A stretch of DNA of 57,317 nt from Campylobacterota bacterium. GTDB lineage: Bacteria; Campylobacterota; Campylobacteria; Campylobacterales; Arcobacteraceae. Of the stretch, positions 1-8,205 are shown piece by piece; the first letter of the stretch is position 1, and each line of letters starts with the position of its first letter. The notes beneath the pieces are model-generated. The model worked only from the letters and a program-made list of their open reading frames with translations, had not been told where the DNA came from and searched no databases. Both the position numbers and the translations under genes were made by a program. The DNA is taken from contig JBNJFB010000011.1 of the NCBI GenBank assembly GCA_051746405.1, forward strand, positions 1 through 57,317, read 5' to 3'.

Positions 1-153
1 AGAGTCTTTATCAAGCAATTGTAATCCAATCATTGCATTAATCATCGGCTCTGGTGGTCCACATCTGCTAGTATCAAACTTATATATTTTTAAATCGTCA
101 ATTAACTCCTCAAAGAAATCCACTGTTGTTCCTTCTAACTCTATTTTTTTCAT
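1..153 (-). CDS. N-terminal part of a small conserved protein with a 'FDTSRCGPPEPMINAM' motif (DUF2249/TusA-like); runs off the window edge
   Basis: Not in the ORF track. Manual translation from ATG at 153 gives MKKIELEGTTVDFFEELIDDLKIYKFDTSRCGPPEPMINAMIGLQLLDKDS with no stop; AAAGG upstream. Confidence 0.75.
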   Translation of the reverse strand, partial: MKKIELEGTTVDFFEELIDDLKIYKFDTSRCGPPEPMINAMIGLQLLDKDS

Positions 154-184
154 AATCAAACCTTTGCTTAGTTTTTATGATTTG

Positions 185-254
185 GTTATAGTCCTATAAA
201 AAAACTATTACCTTGATACAAATCAATACAATAAGTATCTACTTTTTATATAAT
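185..254. promoter_or_regulatory. Divergent class II Crp/Fnr-family (NssR-like) promoter pair
   Basis: TTGAT-ACAA-ATCAA at 213-226; + strand TATAAT at 249-254 and - strand TATAAC at 190-185, both placing the box centre at -41.5. Confidence 0.8.
186..228 (+). repeat. 43-bp exact direct repeat, copy 1 (copy 2 at 1570-1612)
   Basis: TTATAGTCCTATAAAAAAACTATTACCTTGATACAAATCAATA is identical at both positions. Confidence 0.95.
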
Positions 255-279
255 CACAAAATTAAGTAAAGGAAAGAAA

Positions 280-876
280 ATGCAATATCCAGATTTTTAT
301 AATAAAATAGAGACTATAAAATTAAAAGATGAATTATCAGAAACTTTAGGTGCTTTTGATAATGGGATTATTGAATATAACTATTTAGATGTGGTAAAAG
401 CAGCTGGTCATAGTTGTCCAACAGTTGCAGGTGCTTATATAGTAACTTTAGTTGGACTAAAAAGACTATATAAAGACGAATTACCAAAAAGAGGTGAGAT
501 AAAAATATCTTTTAAAGACTACTCATTTCAAGGAACAACAGGAGTAATTGCAAATGTAATCTCTCAAATCACAGGTGCAACTGATACGTATGGATTCAAA
601 GGTTTAAATAATAACTTTAAAAGATATGGACTTATGAACTTTAATCAAGATATACCAGCACCAATAAGATTAACAAGATTAGATACAAAAGAGTATGTGG
701 ATATTACTTACAACCCAAATAGCATACCACCAAATCCTTTGATGCAAGAACTAATGCAAAAGGTATTAAAAGATACTGCAACGAATGAAGAGAGAGAAGA
801 GTTTAAAAAACTATGGCAACAAAGAGTCTATAATATATTTGAAAATATCAATAAAGTAGTAACTTTAGAAGAGTAA
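280..876 (+). CDS. FmdE-like family protein
   Basis: GHSCPTVAGAY motif (HxCP typical of FmdE-like proteins); AAGGA RBS. Confidence 0.7.
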   Translation: MQYPDFYNKIETIKLKDELSETLGAFDNGIIEYNYLDVVKAAGHSCPTVAGAYIVTLVGLKRLYKDELPKRGEIKISFKDYSFQGTTGVIANVISQITGATDTYGFKGLNNNFKRYGLMNFNQDIPAPIRLTRLDTKEYVDITYNPNSIPPNPLMQELMQKVLKDTATNEEREEFKKLWQQRVYNIFENINKVVTLEE

Positions 877-881
877 CCAAT

Positions 882-1255
882 ATGAAAAAGTTCCTAAGAA
901 AATTCAAAAAAATAAATACTGAGCCATTAGAACAGGAAAATCTTTTTTGGTCATGGGTTGGATCTTTTATAGGAATAATTCTGTAAGAGTTATATCTTTT
1001 AAACTATTTCATGATAACTTACTTTTATGCTCTGCGTTTGCTGTCTCAACAGCTATATTTGTTATGCAAGTTACACTTACTTTACATCCACCTAGAGGTG
1101 CAACTGCACTTATTGCAGTACTTGGGAGCAATAACATTCATAATTTAGGTTTTTTATATGTATTATACCCTGTTTCAACAGGCTCGTTACTACTGCTTAT
1201 AACTGCATTGATAATAAATAATATATCTAAAAACAGGTACTATCCCAATAAATAA
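882..1255 (+). pseudogene. HPP-family membrane transporter, internally deleted and frameshifted
   Basis: The frame from ATG 882 gives MKKFLRKFKKINTEPLEQENLFWSWVGSFIGIIL* (stop ends at 986). The C-terminal half (LHPPRGATALIAV) is in another frame (ORF 947-1255). The usual central SFGAS...PLAQP segment is absent. Confidence 0.75.
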
Positions 1256-1282
1256 GATTTTTATAATAAAAATAGCTATACT

Positions 1283-1540
1283 CTAAATATCAAGCTCTTG
1301 CTTTTTTTGGGCTATTTGCTGATGCAGTTCATAAAACTGCTCATTAGTGACACTTGAGTCTTTTTTCCATGCTACTTCAATATCAAAACTATACTCTGCT
1401 GCCATATCAGTAAGCTTTGAATTGAAATCTTCTAAATTTTCACATATTTTAATTTGTTCACTTTGAGGATCATATAATTCAATATACCAACCCTTTTGAT
1501 CTTCTTTTGATTTAACATTAGCTTGAATCTGTGTTGCCAT
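1283..1540 (-). CDS. Acidic 85-aa hypothetical protein
   Basis: ORF with AGGGG RBS and an upstream TATAAT plus Fnr-type box. Confidence 0.75.
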   Translation of the reverse strand: MATQIQANVKSKEDQKGWYIELYDPQSEQIKICENLEDFNSKLTDMAAEYSFDIEVAWKKDSSVTNEQFYELHQQIAQKKQELDI

Positions 1541-1568
1541 CTTTTACCCCTAATCTTTTTTAGATTTC

Positions 1569-1610
1569 ATTATAGTCCTATAAAAAAACTATTACCTTGA
1601 TACAAATCAA
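1569..1610 (-). promoter_or_regulatory. Crp/Fnr-type class II promoter for the 85-aa gene
   Basis: TTGAT-ACAA-ATCAA at 1597-1610; - strand TATAAT at 1574-1569; box centre at -41.5. Confidence 0.75.
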
Positions 1611-1612
1611 TA
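1570..1612 (+). repeat. 43-bp exact direct repeat, copy 2
   Basis: Identical to 186-228. Confidence 0.95.
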
Positions 1613-1649
1613 AAGTTTGTAAACTCTGTTGTTACTGTCAAAACTCTTT

Positions 1650-2990
1650 TTAAAATAAATCCCACAAATATAAGAAAGCAAACCCTAGATAAAATAGTCC
1701 TGAACTACCCATCATTAAGTACATAAACCAACTAGGTGCAAACTGTTTTGGTAAAAATCTACGATTAACTGCAATTGCAGTTATAACTATAAAAGGAGTA
1801 TGAATAGCTGCAATAATTCCTGATGCAGACATGATTTTAACTGGGTCTTTAAAAATAACAATAATAATAAAGGGAATGATACCTGTAATTAAAACAATAT
1901 AGAAACGTTTGACTTTATTAAAACTATATTTTTTTAATAAAGGGTGTGAAAATAGTAAAAATGTCATATCTGCAAAGCTTCTTCCCCAACCATCTTGGTT
2001 TGCAAGAACACTACCTCCAAGAGCTACTATTATAGCAAGCAAAATAATATACCGCCCCGAATCTCCCCATACTTCTGAAAAAATTTTAGAAAGATCTAAT
2101 GCAACATCATTGCCACTTGGCATAATCCCAGCAGGAGCTAAAAGCTCTGAACCCAAAATTAAAAAAGATGTTATAATAACTACTCCACCTATTACTCCCA
2201 GTGCAGCAGTTATATCAACTATAGAAAGCCATTTTTGCAAATATCTATTTCGTTTATTTTTTGCATCTTTAGATGGTTCTTCATTTTGTTGTTTAATAAA
2301 ACCACCTCCAAACCCTCTAGTGGATATCCAATAAGAAAACCATACTATACCCATTGAACCTGCCAAAATAGTACCTATCCATGGAAGAATAATATACAAA
2401 TCTGCATCTTGAGGGAAGCTTGGTATCAGACCTTTTGAAAATGCAGCAGGATCATCAAAAACTGCTACAGCAGATATAATAACACTTATTAATAAAAGTG
2501 TAGCCATCCATTTACTAATTTGTTCAATACGCATATAGTGTCCCGTTGCAGTAACTAATACACAAAGAAGTAAAGTACCAATTGCATATAGCTTTGCATC
2601 ACCTGGGAAAAAGGAACTAAAAGCACTACCTACAATAGCACACAAACCAGCAATTCCTACAGCAGCAGCAAAAAGTTGGGGAATAAAAATAGTCCACACT
2701 GCCCAGTTCTTAGGACCAGGAAGTTTTGACATACCCCAAAGCATTGTTTCTCCTGTAACAACACTAAATCGTGCCATCTCTTTTATCATTACCCACATAA
2801 AAAAACAAACTATTAATAACAACCAAAGAAGCTCATATTGGTATGCTGAACTAACTCTTGGTGTAAAAAGAATTGAACCTGTTCCAACAGCTGATAACAT
2901 CCATAAAAGTCCAGGACCATACCATTTAAGCTTTTTAAAACCTTCTGGTGTTTGTGCTACTTTATTTCGGACCATTTTTTCTTTATGCAT
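1650..2990 (-). CDS. Nramp-related (APC fold) divalent metal/solute transporter
   Basis: YGPGLLWMLSAVGTGS N-terminal motif, about 11 hydrophobic segments; lacks the canonical MntH DPGN motif. Confidence 0.75.
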   Translation of the reverse strand: MHKEKMVRNKVAQTPEGFKKLKWYGPGLLWMLSAVGTGSILFTPRVSSAYQYELLWLLLIVCFFMWVMIKEMARFSVVTGETMLWGMSKLPGPKNWAVWTIFIPQLFAAAVGIAGLCAIVGSAFSSFFPGDAKLYAIGTLLLCVLVTATGHYMRIEQISKWMATLLLISVIISAVAVFDDPAAFSKGLIPSFPQDADLYIILPWIGTILAGSMGIVWFSYWISTRGFGGGFIKQQNEEPSKDAKNKRNRYLQKWLSIVDITAALGVIGGVVIITSFLILGSELLAPAGIMPSGNDVALDLSKIFSEVWGDSGRYIILLAIIVALGGSVLANQDGWGRSFADMTFLLFSHPLLKKYSFNKVKRFYIVLITGIIPFIIIVIFKDPVKIMSASGIIAAIHTPFIVITAIAVNRRFLPKQFAPSWFMYLMMGSSGLFYLGFAFLYLWDLF

Positions 2991-3160
2991 ATAATACCTT
3001 TTTATATAATTTATTATATTAAATACAAAATAACATCCCTATACTTAAAATAAAAATTAAGTTTGCCAAATAGCTAGATATATGTTATCATATTTTCCAG
3101 GGATTAAAAGATAATTATTTTTTATAAAAATTACAATAATCTTAAATAAAAGGATCGAAA

Positions 3161-3835
3161 ATGAAATATGAACTAATGAAGTTACCTTATGATGCAAATG
3201 CTTTAGAGCCTGTTATATCTGAAGAGACGATAGAGTATCACCATGGCAAGCATCATCAAAAATATGTAGATACTTTAAATGATTTAATTAAAGGAACACA
3301 GTTTGAGTCAATGTGGCTTACTGATATTATTAAAAAAGCAGAAGGTCCAACTTTTAATAACGCAGCACAAGTGTTTAATCACAACTTTTATTGGCTAGGA
3401 TTATCTCCAAAAGAGACAAAACCCTCTTCACAACTTATAAAGATGATTGATGAAAAGTTTGGTTCAATGGATAAATTCAAAGAAGAGTTTACAACAAATG
3501 CAGCAAAAAACTTTGGGTCTGGATGGACTTGGCTTGTTTTAAAAGATAAAAAATTAGAGATAATGAATACTTCAAATGCAGATACTCCTGTAAGGCAAGA
3601 TATTATTCCTTTACTCACATGTGATGTTTGGGAGCACGCTTATTATATTGACTATAGAAATGCTCGTCCAAAATATTTAGATAAATGGTGGGAAATTATT
3701 AACTGGAACTTTGTATCTAAAAGTCTAGCTGAGTCTATTAATGGTGAAGAAGACCATACTCAAAAATATAATTATAGTAGTGATATGGATGATTATATTG
3801 GTAAGTTTTACTACGGTGAGGCTGTAGAGTTTTAA
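3161..3835 (+). CDS. sodB: Fe-type superoxide dismutase with a C-terminal extension
   Basis: HHGKHH, FNNAAQVFNH (Fe-type AAQ), DVWEHAYY. Confidence 0.9.
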   Translation: MKYELMKLPYDANALEPVISEETIEYHHGKHHQKYVDTLNDLIKGTQFESMWLTDIIKKAEGPTFNNAAQVFNHNFYWLGLSPKETKPSSQLIKMIDEKFGSMDKFKEEFTTNAAKNFGSGWTWLVLKDKKLEIMNTSNADTPVRQDIIPLLTCDVWEHAYYIDYRNARPKYLDKWWEIINWNFVSKSLAESINGEEDHTQKYNYSSDMDDYIGKFYYGEAVEF

Positions 3836-3847
3836 TCTATACAATAG

Positions 3848-3884
3848 GTGTAAGTTGGTTTACTTTTTAGTATTCAACTTACAC
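3848..3884 (+). terminator. Stem-loop after the SOD gene
   Basis: GTGTAAGTTG / CAACTTACAC 10-bp inverted repeat with a 17-nt loop; no clear U-tract. Confidence 0.5.
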
Positions 3885-3922
3885 AAACTTTAGGTGCTTC
3901 TGATAATAGTATAATAGATTAG
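3885..3922 (+). pseudogene. Short relic of the FmdE-like gene 5' region
   Basis: AAACTTTAGGTGCTTCTGATAAT (3885-3907) matches 341-363 at 22/23; reads TLGASDNSIID* versus TLGAFDNGIIEY. Confidence 0.6.
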
Positions 3923-3996
3923 TAGTTTTAACATAATGATAATATAACTTTTTTTTAGTAGAATATAGTAAAAATATATCTTTAAAAAGAGTTAAA

Positions 3997-5268
3997 ATGA
4001 AAAATCGATTTATCTTAGCAATTATTCCAATAGTAGCTTTAATTGGAAGTGCTTTTTATGCAACTTCTTTATTTATAACACCAAGTCCTAAAAAAGAAAT
4101 AACTATAGCAACTGGCTCAAAGAATGGGCAGTATTATCAAACTGCTTTAAAATACAAAGAGATTTTAAAAAAAGAAGATGTAAAAGTAAATATTATTAAT
4201 ACAAATGGTTCAATTGAGAATATAGAACTTTTAAAGAGCAAAAAAGCAGATGTGGCTTTTGTACAAAATGGTATTTTAAAACAAAAAACTCACCTACAAA
4301 CTATTGCAGCTATTTATTATGAACCATTATGGCTATTTTATAATAGTAAACAAAAAGTAAATTATGTAAAAGAGTTAAAAAACAAAACCATCTCAATAGG
4401 ACAAATAGGTAGTGGAACAAAGAGTTTAAGTGAACAGATTATAAAACTAAATGGCATAAATAAGAATAATACAAATCTACTATATCTATCATCAAAAGAG
4501 TCTTATGATAAGATAAAAAAAGATGAAATAGATGCAGCATTTTTTGCTGTATCCCAAGAATCAAAACTTATAAGAGAGCTTTTAGAAGACGAAGATATTA
4601 AAGTTTTATCTTTTAGTAGAGCAAGGGCGTATAGTAAGAAACTAAACTTTTTACACGCTTTAACTATCTATGAGGGTTCTATAAATCTTAAAAAAAATAT
4701 TCCAAATAGAGATTTTAATCTTATAAGTACAACAGCAACATTAGTTATCAACGATAATTTACCCGATGAACTAATAAGACTACTACTTAAAAAAGTAAAA
4801 GATACTCATAGTAGTAAAACACTTTTTGCAAATGAAGATGAATTTCCTAACCTAAAAGGTATTACTACAAAAATAAATGATGAGGCTAGTAGATATTTCA
4901 AGCATGGCGATACATGGCTTGAAGAGATCTTTCCATATTGGATTGCTTCAACTATTGATAGATTAAAAATCCTTTTAATTCCCTTGCTTACTCTTTTTAT
5001 ACCATTTGCAAAAGGAGTTTTTCCACTTTATAAGTGGAGTATAAGATCAAAAATATATAGATGGTATGGGCAAATACAAGAGTTGGATTTAAAACTAGAA
5101 CATGATAAAAGTAGTTGTGACAACATAATAAAAGAGTTAGAAATATTAAAAAAAGAGATAAAAAATGAGACAAAAGTGCCACTTTCTTATATGGGTGAAT
5201 ATTATGATTTAATTATGCATTTAGAGCTTATTATTACTAAAGCAAATCTAAAAAAGGATAACCAATAA
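3997..5268 (+). CDS. TAXI-family TRAP solute-binding protein with a C-terminal TM and cytoplasmic extension
   Basis: ITIATGSKNGQYY, GSIENIELL, DVAFVQ, YYEPLW, GSGT motifs. Confidence 0.85.
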   Translation: MKNRFILAIIPIVALIGSAFYATSLFITPSPKKEITIATGSKNGQYYQTALKYKEILKKEDVKVNIINTNGSIENIELLKSKKADVAFVQNGILKQKTHLQTIAAIYYEPLWLFYNSKQKVNYVKELKNKTISIGQIGSGTKSLSEQIIKLNGINKNNTNLLYLSSKESYDKIKKDEIDAAFFAVSQESKLIRELLEDEDIKVLSFSRARAYSKKLNFLHALTIYEGSINLKKNIPNRDFNLISTTATLVINDNLPDELIRLLLKKVKDTHSSKTLFANEDEFPNLKGITTKINDEASRYFKHGDTWLEEIFPYWIASTIDRLKILLIPLLTLFIPFAKGVFPLYKWSIRSKIYRWYGQIQELDLKLEHDKSSCDNIIKELEILKKEIKNETKVPLSYMGEYYDLIMHLELIITKANLKKDNQ

Positions 5269-5316
5269 TTATGATTCTTTTGGGTATAATTACGAAAAAA
5301 TTTTAAGGATTGAGAT

Positions 5317-6282
5317 TTGAGAATTTTATCAGGTATTCAACCATCAGGAACTATTCACATTGGTAACTACTTTGGAATGATTAAAAAGATGATTGAGTCA
5401 CAAGATGAGGGAGAGTTATTTGCGTTTATTGCATCTTATCATGCATTAACATCAGTTAAAGATAAACATGCTTTAGAAAAAAACAGTTTTGAAGCAGCTG
5501 TAAACTTTTTAGCACTTGGTATGGACCCTGAAAAATCAACTTTTTGGGTACAACATCATGTAAAAGAGGTATTAGAACTCTACTGGTTATTGTCAAATCA
5601 CACATCAATGGGACTACTTGAAAGAGCTCACTCTTATAAGGATAAAACTGCAAAAGGTATTCAAGCAAATCATGGATTGTTTTCATACCCTGTATTAATG
5701 GCAGCTGATATTTTACTTTTTGATTCAAATATAGTTCCAGTTGGAAAAGATCAAATTCAACATGTTGAGATGACAAGAGATATTGCAAACTCATTTAATA
5801 ATGCTTATGGTGAAGATGTTTTTGTTTTACCAAAAGCAAAAGTTGATGATAACCTTGCAACAGTTCCAGGTACTGATGGTGCTAAGATGTCAAAATCTTA
5901 TGGAAATACTATTGATATGTTCAACACTAAAAAGAAGACTAAAAAACAAGTGATGGGTATAGTTACTGACTCAAAAGAGTTAGATGAGCCAAAACAGTGG
6001 CAAGATTGTAATATCTATAAAATTTCTGAACTATTTATGAATGATGATGAACTAAAAGAGTTACAAAAAAGATATGAGACTCCAGGTGAGGGGTATGGAC
6101 ACTTTAAGCTTACTTTACTTGATAAAATAAATGAGCATTTTGAACCATATATACAAAGAAGAGAAGAATTACTTGCTAATCCTAAAAAAGTTAACGAAAT
6201 ACTTGAGTATGGAGCTTCAAAAGCTTCAAAGATTGCATCTGAGAAGATGAGAATTTTAAGGGATATTGTGGGTTTAATATAA
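5317..6282 (+). CDS. trpS: Tryptophan--tRNA ligase
   Basis: SGIQPSG, HIGN, KMSKS, YPVLMAADIL. Confidence 0.97.
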   Translation: MRILSGIQPSGTIHIGNYFGMIKKMIESQDEGELFAFIASYHALTSVKDKHALEKNSFEAAVNFLALGMDPEKSTFWVQHHVKEVLELYWLLSNHTSMGLLERAHSYKDKTAKGIQANHGLFSYPVLMAADILLFDSNIVPVGKDQIQHVEMTRDIANSFNNAYGEDVFVLPKAKVDDNLATVPGTDGAKMSKSYGNTIDMFNTKKKTKKQVMGIVTDSKELDEPKQWQDCNIYKISELFMNDDELKELQKRYETPGEGYGHFKLTLLDKINEHFEPYIQRREELLANPKKVNEILEYGASKASKIASEKMRILRDIVGLI

Positions 6283-6306
6283 ATAGAGTATTACACTACT
6301 CTATTT
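6281..6306. terminator. Bidirectional terminator between trpS and the methyltransferase gene
   Basis: AAATAGAGTA-ttacac-TACTCTATTT. Confidence 0.65.
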
Positions 6307-6993
6307 TTGGCAAATAAATATTAATTTATCTGCTTCATCAAAGCTATGAAGATTAAACTCTTTTACTTTACAAACTTTAAAGCCACAACGTTCAAGTAAC
6401 TTTGCAAGATACTCTTTTGAGTGGTATTGTTGAGTTATAAAGTCTGCTTCCTTTGAAAAAAGATTACTCTCTTGTTTTGTAAAGAGTGTTAAATCTGTTT
6501 GTAACTTTTCATCTTCAAAAACTGCATCAATTGATATAAATTTATCTTTTAAATCTATGGTTATGCAACCTTGTGCAACTTCATCAAAACCAAAGTATGA
6601 ATTAACATCAAATAGAAAATATCCATCTTCATTTAAAACTTTATATACATCTTTTATAAAAGTTTCTAAATACTCTTTATTTATATAATTAAGTACATCA
6701 AAAATAGCCGTTGCACAGTCATACTTTTGTACTACTTTATTTAGAGGTATTGCTTTTGCATCTAAGCCTTTTGCTTTACATACATTAATTTGTTCAGTAC
6801 TTAAATCAGTCCCAAAAGCTTTTATACCATTGATTTTAAGGTTTTCTAGGAAATATCCTTGACCACACCCTATATCTATAATATTATCAAGATCATTTAT
6901 CATTACAAACTCCATAAACTCTTTATGAAGCGCATAAACCTCATCTTCAAAATCTAAATAAGGCTCAATTTTTGAGTATAAATCTAATCCCAT
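6301..6993 (-). CDS. Class I SAM-dependent methyltransferase
   Basis: IIDIGCGQG motif I. Confidence 0.88.
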   Translation of the reverse strand: MGLDLYSKIEPYLDFEDEVYALHKEFMEFVMINDLDNIIDIGCGQGYFLENLKINGIKAFGTDLSTEQINVCKAKGLDAKAIPLNKVVQKYDCATAIFDVLNYINKEYLETFIKDVYKVLNEDGYFLFDVNSYFGFDEVAQGCITIDLKDKFISIDAVFEDEKLQTDLTLFTKQESNLFSKEADFITQQYHSKEYLAKLLERCGFKVCKVKEFNLHSFDEADKLIFICQK

Positions 6994-7604
6994 TATAGTA
7001 CTGTTTCTATTCTTTCTTTTAAATCTAAGATTAAATCTTTCTTAGCATAAAAAGCATTTTTATTTGCTATTAGATGTGCACTACTTTCCATAATAGTAGG
7101 ACCAACTTCTAATCCATTTTGTTTCATAGTCTCGCCTGTTTCTACAATATCTACAATACAATCAGAAAGGTTAACTAAAGGTGCAAGCTCAATAGAACCA
7201 TATAGCTTAATAATATCTACAGCCATTGCTTTTTCTTCAAAGAATTTTTTTGCAATTTTTTCATGCTTTGTTGCAACCGTGATTTTACTCTTTGTCAAAT
7301 CTAGTTTTTCACCTTTTCTTAATCCAAATGCAACTTTACATCTACCTAAATTTAAATCTAATAGCTTGATTAAGTCATACTCTTTCTCTTCTAATACATC
7401 AAGTCCAACTACACCTAAATCAGCAGCTCCATGCATTACGTAAGTTGGTACATCTTGGTTTCTTACATTTAAAAATCTAAAGCCAGATTTCTCTAGTATT
7501 AACTTTCTATCTTCAAAAACAAACTCTTCATCAAAAGCTTTTTCAAACTTTGCTAAAGTCTCCTTTGCAATTCTTCCTTTAGGTAATGCAATTGTTAGCA
7601 TCAA
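6993..7604 (-). CDS. hisG: ATP phosphoribosyltransferase, short form
   Basis: LTIALPKGR, GSIELAP, DIVETG; about 203 aa with no regulatory C-domain. Confidence 0.95.
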   Translation of the reverse strand: MMLTIALPKGRIAKETLAKFEKAFDEEFVFEDRKLILEKSGFRFLNVRNQDVPTYVMHGAADLGVVGLDVLEEKEYDLIKLLDLNLGRCKVAFGLRKGEKLDLTKSKITVATKHEKIAKKFFEEKAMAVDIIKLYGSIELAPLVNLSDCIVDIVETGETMKQNGLEVGPTIMESSAHLIANKNAFYAKKDLILDLKERIETVL

Positions 7605-8205
7605 TAATCCTTTTCATATTTTCAAATATTAAATCTTTTTTATATAAACTACTTTTGATATATTTACTTAGTAGTTTTCCATCACCACCTGTTAAAATAA
7701 CTTCTCTATTTTCGCTTACCTCTTCTATGGGTAAAATAATGGATTTTAACATAGCATACTGGATAGCATCTTTTGTTTGAAGCGGTATTTTATCCAAATT
7801 TATTTTTTTTTCAAAATCAAACTTTAATTTTTTTGAGATTTTTGGATATGTCTTCATAAAGGCTCTAAACCCAGGAAGAATAAAACCTCCAAGATGTTTT
7901 TTTTCTCCCATAATGTCCACAGTAATAGCACTTCCTGCATCTACTATAACTGCATTTTTTTGATACATACAAGCAACTGCCCTATCTAATCCATGACCTT
8001 TGTACTCTGTTGTAAACTCAAAATATTTCTTTATATTTACAGCCGTTGGATTTGACTTTAACAATTTTTTTGTAGCTTTTTTATTTACAGATAAATATAT
8101 TATCTTCTCATCAAAATTTGGTATTTCATCTTTTAATGCAAATTTATAGTGTCTGTTTTTTATTAAAAAATCATAAGTTGTATTGCCAATATCACATAAA
8201 ATCAA
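7579..8205 (-). CDS. coaX: Type III pantothenate kinase
   Basis: DIGNT, GLDR, VDAGSAITVD, GGFILPG. Confidence 0.93.
   Translation of the reverse strand: MILCDIGNTTYDFLIKNRHYKFALKDEIPNFDEKIIYLSVNKKATKKLLKSNPTAVNIKKYFEFTTEYKGHGLDRAVACMYQKNAVIVDAGSAITVDIMGEKKHLGGFILPGFRAFMKTYPKISKKLKFDFEKKINLDKIPLQTKDAIQYAMLKSIILPIEEVSENREVILTGGDGKLLSKYIKSSLYKKDLIFENMKRIIDANNCIT

Noticed and set aside
947..1255. 102-aa ORF as an intact gene
   Set aside because: Its first residues are an out-of-frame reading of the HPP N-terminus; treated as a pseudogene from 882
3105..3125. Possible Fur/PerR box upstream of the SOD gene (GATAATTATTT)
   Set aside because: Only a partial match in very AT-rich DNA; not distinguishable from background by eye
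3930..3950. ATAATGATAAT Fur-like half site before the TAXI gene
   Set aside because: The second half of the palindrome is absent
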